From positions 23,073,533 to 23,135,340 of the forward strand of contig NC_057718.1 in the NCBI RefSeq assembly GCF_004010195.1: 61,808 nucleotides of DNA, written 5' to 3'. Shown here in pieces: positions 22,125-36,287 of this stretch. How positions within the stretch are numbered: position 1 is the first letter of the stretch; each line of letters starts with the position of its first letter. The DNA comes from Chiloscyllium plagiosum. Lineage: Eukaryota. The notes under the pieces were generated by a model. The model ran no database searches and had not been told where the DNA came from. It was given only the letters and a program-made list of their open reading frames with translations. The translations under genes and the position numbers were made by a program.

Positions 22125-22664
22125 ATGCAAGGTGTTGCCTGATTGCAAACTATGGATAATTATTTTATTGTTTGTCATGCTTCAAATGAAATATTTGATT
22201 TTTGTATTCTACATTGAGATAAATAATGTAGAAATCAACATGAAGACAGAAAAGAATGGAAAGATTTAAGGTTAAATCTGGTTTAAATAAAATTTGTTTT
22301 AATTACAATGAGAAACAGCAAATTAGTACAAAAAAACCTCATTCACATAAGTAATTTCTAGCCAATGTTATGTTGTGGAATCTCTGACCCATTACACAGT
22401 ATGTTATAAAGGTAAGAAATAGAAAGCTCAGTTCGATTTATTAACTCTCCAACACAACTGCTGTGGCTCAGCATCATAAAAGTTCAGATGTCATCAAAAC
22501 TACACACACACACTATACACAGTTTACAATGTTGTGTTATGAATGTTGCACTTTTCAATCATCTTCTTTATCTTAGAGAAATAAGACATTTTACAAAGAG
22601 ATTGGTAAAGTCTAATCATTGACCCTTGACATATAATCTCCAATATGCCTCTGCTCTGGGGGAG

Positions 22665-22968
22665 GGGAGGCAATAGTCTCATGATATTATCACTGGACTG
22701 TTAACCCAGAGACCCAGGTAATGTTCTGGAGTCCCAGGTTCGAATCCTGCCATGGTAGATGGTTGAATTTGATTTCAATAAAAAAGAATTAGAAGTCTAA
22801 TGATGGTCATGAATCCATTGTCAATTGTTGGGAAAACCCATCTGATTCACTAACATTCATGAGGGAGTCACATGTAGGCCAGACATGTGGCTGATTCTTA
22901 ACTGCCCTCTGAGTGACGAGGGATGGGCAATAAAGCAATGCCCACATCCTGTGAATGAATAAAAAAAT
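22665..22968 (+). mobile_element. tRNA-derived SINE, same family as 9095..9425
   Basis: B box GGTTCGAATCC; 3' end GGGCAATAAAG..GCCCACATCCTGTGAATGAATAAAAAAA. Confidence 0.8.
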
Positions 22969-24061
22969 TAGTCAGGCCGAAGTCACCTGCTGGCTGTGGG
23001 GAAAGGGACTCAAACAGTTTTCACTGCAATACACGGTCACTCGCAGAGGTGAAATGGCTGTCTTTATATACAGGGGCATGCTGTGGTCCACTATCCCCTC
23101 TAAAAGCTGGGGGGGTGCCCAGACATAATCCTACCAGCTGTCCCACAGTGACTGGATTCTGGGAGCAGTCTCAATTGATTTGAGGAAGTTGCTGGCCCTT
23201 TCTCAGAAGGAGGTTCCATCTTGGAGAGTCGCCCGCCAAATCTGATTATCTGGCAGCTCTGTAGACCCTGCAGCAATACCAGGAATTACTGCTGGGACTA
23301 CAAGTATTCCCTGATACTGAGGAATCCTGACTGACCCTTAGGTTCGGGGGTTGAAGTTGTGATGGTGCAGGAAGGTCACAGTTTGGATTTTATGTTGCCC
23401 CAACTTCAAAGCCTCAGCAGGGGAATGCAAAATCCAGGCCAAGGGAGAGGCACAGAGAGGGAAGGAAGGAAAGAGAGAGACAGAGAGAGAAATCAATTAC
23501 TACTGCATGGAGAAACATGACAGGCACTGCCACTAAGGGGAAAGTGCACAAAATGCTTATGAGAATTGATTTTATGTTCAAAAGGAAAGGGATAAAATGT
23601 ACAGCAGCTTTGGAGATTTAAAGAACAAAGAGTTGTTGACAAGCATCTTGCTGATGAATGTCAAAGCTGAAAAACTCATGCTAGAATGATTTCTGAAGGG
23701 CACAGGAAACTTTGACCTCATAAGGTAGTGAGTAGTCTGTTTTACAGAGAGTCAGGAGTTAATTTGGACTTGTTCCTGTATTGCTGCATGTCTGTCAGTT
23801 GTGCAGTACAAGAGGGAGTTATGAGATGTCTCTTGGCAGTATTAATTAATTAATTAAAAATACACTTTTCCTTGGTTTAATGTACTAGTTGCCTCTTAAC
23901 TGTATTTGATTTAAGCTGATTTTAATTTGTTTGTTACAGTAAAGGTCTAATTTGTCACAATGAAATCTAATCCTTTGGTAATGTCCATGAGTCACTGGGA
24001 AAAATATTCTTTTTTAAGTAATCTGTGTCTTCTGGGATTGTAACAATAATCTGACTTGGAC

Positions 24062-24112
24062 TTTATCTCTCTCTCTCTATCTCTCTCTCTCTCTTTCTCT
24101 CTCTCTCGCTCT
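24062..24112. repeat. (CT)n microsatellite
   Basis: Direct reading. Confidence 0.9.
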
Positions 24113-24528
24113 CTGTCCCCATGCATGTGGATCTTTCTTTATCCTCCTCCTGTTCTCCCTCCTCCATCCCCAACGTGTGTTATTTTCTCTTCCTCTCTCC
24201 ACAAGGAGCACCCTGTCCTGGATTCATGGAACATCTGCGGTGGTTTTATTTGGCTCAGAGTTGACATTAAAGCAGTGGCTTGACATAATGGGGAAACCAG
24301 CAGGGCTCAGAAAGTAAAGGACAATTTAGTTGTGAGCCACAACAACAGGGCTGCTTCTGCAGGAACTGTGCACACATGTAGACAGGACAGGCAAGCAGAA
24401 ACATCATAGATCATAGAACCTATAACATAGAAAAATATAGCACAGGAATGGACCGTTCGGCCCGTGATATTGTGCTGAACGTGACTCCAAATTAACCTCA
24501 GCTCTTCTGCCTATCCTTGGTCCATATT

Positions 24529-24750
24529 ACAAGGATTTCAGTGAGTCCCTCTCTCACTGCACACCCCAGGTCATCTCCTCTGCACAGAAGCTTATCTTAG
24601 CCTGCTGGACACACTTTCCTCATTCCTGAAGAAGGGCTTATGCCCGAAACGTCGATTCTCCTGTTCCTTGGATGCTGCCTGACCTGCTGCGCTTTTCCAG
24701 CAACACATTTTCAGCTCTGATCTCCAGCATTTGCAGCTCTCACTTTCTCC
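24529..24750 (+). mobile_element. PLE family A insertion with 7-bp TSD
   Basis: TSD CCATATT at 24522..24528 and 24751..24757; complete pseudo-LTR with tail ...CTCCAGCATTTGCAGCTCTCACTTTCTCC. Confidence 0.9.
24622..24657 (+). ncRNA. Minimal hammerhead ribozyme motif, intact core
   Basis: ATTC-CTGAAGA-A-GGGC-TTAT-GCCC-GAAA-CGTC-GATT. Confidence 0.75.
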
Positions 24751-27734
24751 CCATATTCCTCCATTCCTTGTATATGCATGAACTTGTCTAAAAGCCTTTT
24801 GAATATCCCTATTGTATCTGTCTCCACCACCACCCCTGGCAGCATGTTCCAGACTCATACCGCTCTCTGTGTAAAAAAATTGCCCCTGATATCTCCTTTG
24901 AACTTTCCCCTTCTCACCTTAAATGCATGCCCGCTAGTTTCAGACAATTCAACTCTGGGGAAAAAAGTTCTGAATGTCAAACCTATTTATACATCTCATA
25001 ATTTTATAGACTTCTATCAAGTCTCCCCTCAACCTCCGCCACTCCAGAGAAAATAACACAAGTTTTTCTAGCCTCTCTTTATAGCTCATACTCTCTGATC
25101 CAGCCAGCATTCTGGTAAACCTCTTCTGCAAAGCTTCCAAATCCTTTCTGTAATGTGGCGACCAGAACTGAACACAATAATCTAAGTGTGGCCTAATCAA
25201 AGTCTTACAAAGCTGCAACATGACATCCTGACTCTTGTACTCAATTTCCCAACCAATAAAGGCAAGCATGCCATGCACCTTCTTTACCATCCTATCTACT
25301 TGCATGGCCACTTTCAGGGAGCTATGGATTTGAACCCCAAGATCCCTCTGCACATCAATGCTGTTCAGGGTCCTGCCATTAACTGTTGATCTTAACATTT
25401 AATCTCCCAAAGTGTAGCACCTCACGCTTACCTGGATTAAACTCCATCTGCCATTTCTTCACTCACATCTGTAACTAATCTATTTCCTGCTGTGTCCTTT
25501 GAAAACTTCTAAACTCTCCACAACTCCACAGATTTTAATGCCATCTGCAAACTTACTAACTTACTAATCCACATTTTCATCCAAGTCATATAGGTTTTTT
25601 TCAAGAACTGATGAATTCTCAACATATCCACTCTGACAATATATTAAAAAAATTATTAAAAAAATAGATGCCATCTAATCTATGCTTAAGATCATAGCCT
25701 GGGATTGAAATGTTCTGCCACAGCCCTGGCATCGCAGATGTCTGATGGAATTACTCCACACAGTAATAACCATTTTTGTTGCAGTTTTCATTAATCTTCT
25801 GCATACAATACAGCCTTGGTCATTCATCTAACTATTGGAGCAGCAGTTTTCCATTCATTTCACAGTGAAAGCACTTCATAGGATCAGATAGTGCTCATTA
25901 TCAATGTTGTGTGGTAAAAAGAAGTGGAAAATAAACAGAGACACTTCATTTGGAACAAAATGTAAATCATAATGAGCTGCATCAGTTATGGCTTATTGGA
26001 GAGGGAGAAAGCATCATAGAATGGTTATGATGCTAGATCGGTAACACTTTGTCTTGCTGAGGATACATGTCAGTCATTTGTACAACAGACGAGTTATGCT
26101 CCAGTTCTGCAGTGATGCAAAGCAGCTTTAACTTCACTTTGATGCACGCTGTGAAATGCAGTTGAACTGTGAAATCATTGTAATTTAGACAAATGCTTTG
26201 AGACCTAGCTTCGTATTTATTGCAGATGCTCAAGAGTTCTCCGTGAGAATACAATCATACATTTAAATGCTCAATTTCTCCTAAATGAAATGCAGTATGC
26301 ACTGAGAGTTAACACTACATGGTCCAAAGTTTGAAGAAAACCAACTGCAACCGATGATTACAGAATTCTGCTTGCTCTTTATAATTTGATTTCCGTTGTC
26401 TGATTCTGTACAATCTTCATTTTAATCTAAAGTCTATCATTCTTTTCTGCCCTGATATTACTCCTAAAATATACCCTACACTCCCTTCAGATTTTTGCAA
26501 TTGCTCTTCTGAAAAGTTCTCAATGATTTCCTTTCAGAGAAGCATTTTCTGCAAGTGTTTCAAAGTGATTTATGAGAACAGGGTTATTAGTCTCAGCACA
26601 ATGTTTTAGTTTTGTTAAATTGCTTCTGAAGGAACTGAAAGTATGAATCATTCTGGACCAGAGCAGGGAAATGCCAGAGTGATTCTTGTCTCATCAGGAG
26701 ATAAACTTGATAACAGCTACAGATGAAAAATTGAAGTTTGTTTTTTAAAAAGTAAAAAATGATTTCAGCGTGATAGCTTTATGAGTGGACATGTTTTCCA
26801 ACTGTTCGTTCTTTAATGGCCATGTATGGAGGTAATTCATAAGCATGTAGGTGCTTTGCTGTGTTTATGAGGAACAGAATTAGACCAATATAAAGCTAAA
26901 GTAATTACAACTCCATTTGAAAGACCAAATTGTTTTGACAACAACCTCAGCCAGATCAAACCACTTTCCAACCAGCTAGCAGGTTCACTGGTAATGTGAT
27001 ATTGTCTATAATGCACTCTATTTTAGTGTTCAGTAACTTAGGCATGATTATCTACATAACTAAAAAAATGTATCCTAATGCAGTGGGAAAACATTGAGCC
27101 CTCCACTTGTGTGTGAAGCATCTATAATGTCTACGGTCAATGTTGTTACACTTAGTGAGAAAAATTGTGTTGTTGTGAGAGAAGATGCATGGTAGGATAT
27201 TTCCCCAAAACAAATATTCACTGATCACCTGGTGACTGACCAGATATTTGCATAAAGTGTCACCACCATCTAACAGCATTCATAGGTGGGACAATCATTT
27301 TTTCCCTGATTGAAAGTATTAACAAGCTGTTAATGGTGAGCCTCTGATTTCTCATTCACATAGGCAACAGCTCTGTATACTGACATGGAATACATATTGC
27401 TAACATTGAAAGCATTGCAATTATATTTGGGCTCTTAGAGCAGAACATGCTCTACAGGGACAAATTGAATTTTATTGCATTTCCTGCAATTTGCAATTTG
27501 AAATGTTTTGCACTATACCTAAGGAAATTATATAATAATAATTACATAATATTTTTGAGAAAATAAAGTTTTCAAAAGAAGTAAAACATATATTTAATGT
27601 AGTAGTTATTTATTTAGGCTATAATTTATATTTTGCTATATCATGCATAAAGGTTGGAGAAACATTAAAACATTCAAAGCAAGGTAGGAGGCCATTTGGT
27701 CTATCATGTACTAGCCTAAATAAAGGAATCCTGT

Positions 27735-28040
27735 CTGTAAGACTATGGGATATAGCAACAGAAGTAAGCCGTTCAGCCCATTGAGTCTGCTCTGTCATTC
27801 AATGAGATTATAGCTGATTTGATAATCCTCAACACCATTTTCCTGCTTTTCCACATGGTCCTTGATCTCTTTACTGATATCAAATCTGTCGATCTCAGTC
27901 TTTATTATACTTAATGACCTAGCCTCCGTAGCCCTTTGCAGTCAGGATTTCCACAGATTCATTTCCATCAAAGAGAATAAATTCCTCCTCTTCTCTGTTT
28001 TAACTCTAATGCTGATATTATGTCCTCTGGTCCTGGACTG
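27735..28040 (-). mobile_element. Old CR1 3' fragment
   Basis: AGCCGTTCAGCCCATTGAGTCTGCTCTGTCATTCAATGAGAT is the reverse complement of the CR1 3' stem-loop region seen at 61 kb. Confidence 0.75.
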
Positions 28041-28609
28041 TGCCCAAAAGTGTAAAACGCAAGTTGTTGTAAACATGAAATAGACACCATCTCATTTCAT
28101 ATTTAGAAGAAAAACAAGTTACATTGTACTTGCAAAAGTAGAATATGTCCCATTATTGCAGAAATGAGAAGGGATTCAGAGTGTTTTTTCTGCATCATGT
28201 TATGGAACTAAACATTGGATCCAATACCTTTAAACACATACCTACCTACCATTTTATGATCTCTTCTCTCAAAATTAATAGTGCAGATTTTTTACAGTGA
28301 GGAGAGGTGTTTCGATGGTGAATTCTTAAAATTCTCCTATCAAACCATTCTGAAACTGACCATTAAGTCAGGATTTTAGGATGAGTATAGACTTACAGGG
28401 AAATCTTGAAGCTACATTCTGTTATTCACCGCTCAACAACAGGCAGCATTGTAGAATTGACACAGAGCCAAAGATCGGACCATATTATCACTGTATTGAT
28501 CTTTTCCAAACAATTAACATATTCAGCAGGAAGTTGATCAATAGCTTCAACTATAGGTGCCAAAAATCAACAGGTCGAGAACTCCTTTTCCTCATATTCA
28601 GTTTAACAT

Positions 28610-28762
28610 GAACATAGCACATGGAACAGTATAACACAGTATTGGCCCTTTGGCTCTTAATGTTGTGGCATCCTTTTATCCTACTCTAAGATCAAACTAA
28701 CCTATATACTCTTCATTTTACTATCATCCATGTGCGTATCCAAGAGTCAATTAAATGTCCCT
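28610..28762 (-). mobile_element. Short CR1 3' end
   Basis: AACATAG-type tail followed by GGCCCTTTGGCTC and ATCCATGTGCGTATCCAAGAGT. Confidence 0.6.
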
Positions 28763-28797
28763 GTTTAGTATATTTTAAAGTCTTAGCTATCATTTGG

Positions 28798-29052
28798 TTA
28801 TAGAATCCCTACAGTGCAGATAAAGGCCATTCAGTCCATTGGGTCTGCAGTGATCCTCTGAAGAGCATCCCACCGAGACCCACACCCCACTCTATCCCCA
28901 TTACTCCACAATTACCTTACACATCTTTGGGTGGAAACCAGAAACCCTCGCAGGCACAGGGAGAACTTACAAACTGTCACCCAAGGCTGGATTCGAATCC
29001 AGGTCGTGGGAACTGTGAGGTAGCAGTGCTAACCATTATGCCACCATGCCAC
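28798..29052 (-). mobile_element. HE1-type V-SINE, decayed
   Basis: Reverse complement GTGGCATGGTGGCATAATGGTTAGCACTGCTACCTCACAG..GGATTCGAATCC; colinear with 57175..57485. Confidence 0.85.
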
Positions 29053-29078
29053 ACTTTAGGGTCCTTGAAGTCCTTTAA

Positions 29079-29288
29079 GGTCTAGAGTGTGGTGCTGGAA
29101 AAACAAAGCATTTCAGGCAGCAACTGAGGATCAGGAGAATCGACATTTTGGGCAAAAGGTCTCCTGATGAAGGGCTTTTTCCCGAAACGTCGATTCGCCT
29201 GCTCCTTGGATGCTGCCTGACCTGTTGTGCTTTTCCAGCTCCACACCCTCGACTCTAATCTCCAGCATCTGTCGTACTCATTTTCTCC
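29079..29288. mobile_element. PLE family A fold-back with 9-bp TSD; hammerhead core at 29161..29195 (+)
   Basis: Inverted arms; CTGATGAAGGGCTTTTTCCCGAAACGTCG at the apex; TSD GTCCTTTAA at 29070..29078 and 29289..29297. Confidence 0.9.
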
Positions 29289-31484
29289 GTCCTTTAAAAT
29301 GTGTCAGCTAGGCCATAGACAGATGTGACTTTCCTTAGCCACCACCAGAGCTAGTTTCTGCTCTCAAAGGACAAGGTAACATGTTGAAAAAGAGGCCTCA
29401 GGCAGGTAATAATCCCTTAAATTGTGAAAGCAGATGGCCTGGGATGTCTCTTGGACATGAGCACCGAATACAGGTTTTAGTTTTGGCCTTTACCAATATG
29501 GCAGTGTAAACAGTCCAAGCCCATTAAATGTGTGTTCTTCCAGCCTACGCTATGAGCCTGAGGAGACCAAATCATGTTTGATAAATGAGGAATACACTTC
29601 CTAAAGAAATTCCTTTGCCTGCCTTACTCTGGCAGCATTCCATTACTTTATGTTGATCTGTGGTTGGAGCAGCTTATCTTCTTGAGACTCTCGTTCAGTT
29701 TTGGACTGTTCATTGTGAATGCAGGCAGTAGTGGTACACACGAAGAAGTGGAGCAAACACATTCCTGACAGGGAGGTAAGATCCCGCATAAAGTCTATAA
29801 TTGTTTTTTTACTATAAATCACCCAAAACCATGAAAGTTATATATTGAAATTTAAAAGGGCTTTTCAGTTTAAAATATAAAAATGATTTTATTAATCACA
29901 TTGCCTCTCTCTGGACTCGATAGAATGCTCTGATTGTCAGAGTACGGTATGAACAGACTGATAGCAAATTTGACTTTAAGCAATATTTATATCTTGAATT
30001 AAATGTCTCTGTTACAATGGACAGTCTTCAATTTTCTATTCAGATTTGGAAATCTTACAAAATCCATTTTTCTAAAGTTTGGAAAACCCCATTAGCTGTT
30101 AAGGTGATGATCTTGTTCCATAGAGATCTGTTTTACCAATTGTCTCTGAAGTCCATTAAATAGTAAACTGTCATGAAACTGGGATTGTATCAATTTAAAA
30201 TTTAAAAATAATGTAAAATAATGCACAGCGTGTGAGATTCTGCCTAGCATTATAATCACAAGTATTAGTATTGTGATGTAAAGTGGCAACGTGGGGAACA
30301 TATATCATAGCTAAGCAATAAAATTGAAATTATTTGAGGCTTCATGCTTCATTACATTGAAACAGTGACTATTTATTACCCCCTTCTGTAGCTAATATTT
30401 ATTATCACATACAATGCAGACTGAGATTTTTGCCATTTAGTGAAGCTACCTTAAGACAGTGGCTGAGTATTTGACAAAGTATTTGAGTAATTGGTAGAAT
30501 ATTTTACTTAGCTAACTAATAATAAAACATTTTTTATTTCTCATAAGAACACAGCCATCTTTTAAAATGCTTGCACAAATATAGACACCTTGTTGGTTTG
30601 CTTTAATATGTTTGTGGTTAAAATTAGTGTTTGAAAACTGAAAGATTTCCTATGATATTAGTGTCCATGCTAAGAAGGGGTTTCTGATAAAAGAGACTTA
30701 GGGAAAGGGGAATGATTGAAGCAAAATGTATATAGTTAATTCTCATCCCATTTCAAAATCATACATTTTATTATTATTTTGTGATACCCTTATTCCTCAT
30801 TTAAAGTTACATAGTGCGGAACAAACAGTAATTTTGTAAGTAAAAAAAGTTGAGCTTTTTTAAAAAAAATTGTTCATTCATTGAATGTGGATGTGTTTGT
30901 CAGGCCCGTCATTTGTTGATTGTGCCCCCACTGGTGGCGAAACATCACTTTGACTTGAAGCATGTATTTGATTTCTCTCCACAGATGCTGCCCGGTCTGC
31001 TGAGTAGTTCCAGCATTTTCTGATTCTATTTCAGCTTTCCAGCATCCATACTATGTTGTATTATTGCCATAGTATTATCGTCAGGATGTTTTGTGAGATC
31101 TGAGATATCCATTTTATGTGCCTGTAGGAATTCATAACAGAAATAACTTGACACAAAGAGGACAAACGTGTTTAATTTTAACGTATGACGAGCCAATCCC
31201 CTGTAGTGTAGAGCCAAGTACTGACTTCTGATTGAGCTGGAACATTTACTTCAGCCACTTTTCCATTCCTCACAGAGCCCTCTATGAAAGAACCAGCATT
31301 CACAAAATACCCTATCATGTTCTATTGATGATTAATTGCTTTTGAGGTGCAGTCAGTCAAAGCCAGCAGTCAGTTTACTCAAAGCATGTGTTCCCCAAGT
31401 AATGAATCAATTGAATGACCAGTAATTGATAATGTTCAGGCATGACTGTGGGATTGTTAACACTGTAATCCATCTGGTTCTTTG

Positions 31485-31597
31485 GAGATTATTTTCAATC
31501 AACCTGTTCAAAGAAGTTATTCCACATCTCTGGAACAAGTGAGAATTGAATTTAGGTCTTCGGGCCCAGAGGTAGGGACACTGTCACAAGACTCCTG
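31485..31597 (-). mobile_element. Short tRNA-derived SINE head (third family), decayed
   Basis: Reverse complement GGAGTCTTGTGACAGTGTCCCTACCTCTGGGCCCGAAGACCTAAATTCAATTCTCAC has a tRNA-like layout with a decayed B box. Confidence 0.5.
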
Positions 31598-34123
31598 GAT
31601 CTTTGATTGTATATTTTTATATTCACTGACTACAGCCTTAGTTTATCTCTGTTGCTCAAAAAAGTGGCTCTTTTTCAATTGTATGTTACTAATTTGATTG
31701 CAATTGGTTTGACTTTTCTTATGAATGCCTATTGAACAATTTTATTTACTGCCACAGGTGAGCAAGAGCTGGATGCTATTTCTTGTTTGAAGTGAATGTT
31801 ATTTAAGTGAACAATTGCAGTTCTATCTTCACTGCATATGTAACTGCTAATCAGATCTGCAAGTGTGAAGATGAATCATTGGTGCAATGCCAGGAGACAC
31901 TGTCATTTTCCCTTATTAATCATAATGCCAAAAAGATGGAAAATCAGAATACAATTAGGTATCATGACATTTAGCTCTGCAACATCTTGTTTCTCTTGCT
32001 GGTGGGCGCTAAAAAATTAACTTGTAATATTATCAAGATGAGCAATTAAGTAATTAAATTCTTCCATGTAAAAAGGTCTTAGAAAGGTCCACTTCAAACA
32101 AATGCTGGAATGTTTGTGTAAAGTGACAGTTATTCTACCTTATCAAGGAAAAAAAGGCCCACTTTGCAATCACCCATGTTTACTTATACAGTATTGATTG
32201 TCTATTCATCTGTAAAAAGTATTCCATAATCTACTTAGCAATGGTTGCATGATGGAATATGGCTGAAAATGGGTTTAACACACAAAATAACATTTTTTGC
32301 TAAGTGCCCAGTTCATCCAGTGCCCACTGACCTCTCTGCATCAAAAAAAGTTAAAATGTTTTGAGTATTTTCAGAAGCTTACAGGCACAAATAGAAACTC
32401 CAAATGACACAACCAGTTTTGAGAGTGGGGTAGGATTCTCCATGGTACTTTTAAAACTTCTTAAATTTGTGTCAAACACAATTTTGTACTTGAAACCCTT
32501 TGCACTATTGTTCCAATTTGGCCAAGCTTATGAGAATCACAATGAAAAGACAGCAAGACCAATCGAAAACCACTGATCCTTGCATTTACTGTTGATGAAA
32601 AGCAATAAAAATGTATGAACATTAATGACTAAAGCTTTGTCAGACAGAGACATCATTGGAACAACTGAGCTCCTTTCTCAAAGGTTGAGCTTTTGGTTCC
32701 GTTTCACATCTTTGAAATTTGCAGTTAATCGCCCTGGTACAAAGTGAGATAAGAGGTGGTGCAGTCAGTGGCTGACTGTTAAAACCGTTTCCAAAAACCA
32801 CAATCAAATCAAGGTAAGAAAAGAATCACTGCCTTGAAGACCAACTGCTTGTCACTGCTCAGCATAAGCTTGAATATACTTGGAAAACGATCAATATATT
32901 TTACTGAGCTGGTGTGTAAGCAGAAGCACAAACAAGATAGATTTCTGAGAATTGAAATAAGAAAGCAAATTCAATACTGTGTCAGAGTAAGTCAAATAAA
33001 TCTGATTGGTTTTAGTTTCATTTAGCAGAAATTGCTTACATTCGATTTGTTGTTTATCCATCATCATTCTCCAAAACATTGTTCAACACGGCCAGGATTC
33101 TAGTTCCTAATCTTTTAACTGTTAAGGAAACAACAGACGTACAATGTGGACCACAACTGGTTAGTCAAGTTTGGGATAGGCTGCTAGCATTCAGAAATGG
33201 ACTTTATTTGACTAGCAGGTCAGGGACAGAATGGAACCTGGACAATTTTTACAGCAAGACTTTATTTACATCCCACTGACTGAAATTTTGACTATTCCAG
33301 TTCTGTTAATTCACACATCTTAGGAGAAACATACAGCATCACCTGCTAAGCTGCGGAATGGAATGGAGCTGAGATTACCGACACTACTCACATTTCTTCA
33401 CTTGCATTTCAAAACATCGGGTCCAGGCACAGATTTCCAAATGATTTCACCGTAACTGGATGGAGCCTTTCTGTGGCTGTGCTGTAATTGGATGCTTTAT
33501 TCTCCTCACTGCATATGCATTCAGTATGCAGAAATTAATGAAAGCATCCAATAACTCAATGCACTATCCCTTCTACTCTGAACAATTTAATTCAGCTGAA
33601 CTGAAGAACACATAATGTACAAATGAATTACTGTGGGTGTCTAGTAGGAACTCAGGCACTAATACAAACGTACATCCTGAATTCAATTCACCCTTCTGGA
33701 AAATAAAGACTTTGCTCACTCCATGATGAAAGGTTAGCATCATAGAGTTTTTATAGCACAAGAAGAGACCCTTCTGCCCATGGTGTCCATGTCAGTCTTC
33801 AAATGCCTATCTATTCTAATCCCATTTTCTAGCACTCGACCTTTCGCGATTCTTTGGGAAAGATATTTTAGATTTTTTACTCACCTCTGTCAAGTATTTA
33901 TATGAGGGATTTGACATGTTTTTAAAAAAAATCTAGGATTAGATGTGTTTTTTATTATTGAAGACATGTCATCATCTCTCGGATTGCAGCAAAGTTTCAC
34001 GAATTGCCTACTGTACTTATGTAACATCTTTGCAAAAGGAGTCTTCTACCTTCATTTTTCTTTCCTGGAAGGTAATGAGACTTTTCAAATCAAATAATGT
34101 TTACAGGAATTTAGATATAAAAG

Positions 34124-34671
34124 TGTTACGTTCCAGATGCAATTCAATGAGTCAAACTACTTGTCATTAAGCAAAAACATATTTAATTCAAACACAGTAG
34201 TTAAAATACAACAAAAGAAAGAAGAACTTAGAATAACTTAACTCTATTGGAAAGCTTAATAAAATAACAGAAACAGTAACTATCACTAATTAACTGTTCC
34301 AATATAGTTATATCCCATTGGCAAAAAGGCAAATTCAGAAAACAGACTTGCTCACATGCAATGCTTGCAGTAGGAAGGGAAGCTCCAGTCCCTAGCTGTA
34401 ATTGAGAGGGGTGGGTGGGAATAGCTTCTACTTTTCCAAGACTCCAGCAGCCTCTGCTGAATCTAAAAGCTAAGAAAAAATCCTAAAAGTTCTGTTCTGT
34501 GAGAGCTGGCCACACCCATTCAGGCTGCTTCAATTGTTCCAACTTTATTAAAAAACCCAAGGCCTGATAAGCAGTTTATGTTACTCCAGGCTGCTCATCA
34601 CCTCCCATTCAATCTCTCTATTAAGATAAAACTAGTCAAAATACACCTCTTAAAGCCACAGCATCGTCACA
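34124..34671 (-). mobile_element. Probable solo LTR related to 59325..59914
   Basis: TG...CA termini (TGTTACG / CGTCACA); in reverse it shares blocks TGT.A.GATGCTG, CCTTTTGCCAA and ATTGGAACAG with the 59-kb LTR. No clean TSD. Confidence 0.6.
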
Positions 34672-36287
34672 ATGGGAAAAAAATAGCAGATCGCGAAAAA
34701 TGAGACATATTTGTTGGCAATATCTAAATATTGCTTAAGTCCTTTCAGTGACAATTCATGTGCAGCTTTGTTTCTATGTTGCACTTGCCCATACCATGGC
34801 AAGTCTCTTAGCCTCCACATGTAGTTGTGTCATTGTGTAGATTGACAAACATAAGTCAAAGTTTACACTCAATCTCTCCACGAATATTGCTAGAGAATGA
34901 GGCCAATTGTTTCACATCAGGTAGCCAATTGACCAGAGGATGGTTTGGGTTGCTGTCTCTCCCAACTGATGAACATCTGTCATGTCTGATACAGCTCTAG
35001 TGAATCAAACAAATATCTACAAACTGGCTTCCCGATCTAATTCAGTAAAAACTGAGACAAGATTATTCAAACAAAAGATTGAGCCACCATGTATTTTTGC
35101 CAGTGGAATACTACAAGGGAATCTTTGGTCCAGCTCAAATTTTCTTAAATCAGTTTTACTTTGAATATATTTGTAAAGTAGACAATTTTTGACAGACAAA
35201 GACATTCTGATCAAGTCAACCAAGTTGACCTGAAATGCTGGGACTGCAAATTGGAAAGTGAATTGACTAACAGTGGGAAGTCTGAATGCTGAAGTTATCC
35301 TTTTGCTGGAATTAAACAGTGCTGATTTAGTGAGGATTGGAGTCAAAGTCTTCCTGTTTAACTTGATAAGTAATGGAAGGTTGGGGCCAAATAGCAGGAT
35401 TTCTTCTGGTCTCAAATGTACTTTTAAATATTCTTTGGTTTAGTGAATGCTCTTCAGATAAAGGAAATTACAGAAGTAAAGAGTCCTGGCAAGACTCAGA
35501 TAATTTAATGTTTTATTTTTGGCTATTTTCATCAGCATACAACAACGCACACTCTGTTTTCTGCAATTATTATTTTATGCAACTATTAAAATAACTCATA
35601 ACCTCTGCTTTCTCCTGACATAATTTGTTGAACATTACCAAGATATACAGACCATTGAAAATTTGCAGAGTGTTTCAAGGCAGTAAAACATCGAGGAATT
35701 GTGATACTATTAGAAATGATAAGGTCAAAGTTCAACTGGCTTATCAATGTCATCTCAACCCTGGGGTCTGTTATTGTTTTGGAACATACTGCACAATATA
35801 TTTTTCTTCTACAGTTTGCATGAACTTAACAGCTTGTGGTTACCCTGTATCAATGGATTGCACTTTTTCAGAGTTGGGAGGTTCTATATACCTTTAACAA
35901 TAGGGAATGGCCCCTAGTACAGGGATCCCTTCCCCAATTCTGAGTGTCCCTGATGTTTTGTTGCTGACAGAGTGCAGTGCAACCATAATTTTCGCTCTCA
36001 AGGAGTGCAGTTCTATTATGGCCCCATGCAACCTTCATTAAGGTTTTTGAGCCCTTTCTGGCTTACTCATGTTTCATGGACCCCGGGGTGGGGGAGAGGG
36101 GGAGTTACAAACCATAGTCAGCGCGTGCGAATCTTTTGAAGATGTCCTTGACTCATCCACAATGATAACCAATACTCTCCAATGGCAACCCCCCTGTACC
36201 CCTCCACCCACCCCAATATCCCTTCTCTCCTTGCTTCCTTGCTGTTAACTCACAGAACATCTATGCTCATTAGTCCAGTATGCACGA

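Larger units (their letters stand above)
24400..25590 (-). mobile_element. CR1 3' portion interrupted by a PLE
   Basis: ORF 24949..25398: RDLGVQIHSSLK...RPHLDYCVQFWSPHY...RLRGDLIEVYKIM; tail (CATAGAA)n near 24400-24432. Confidence 0.95.
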
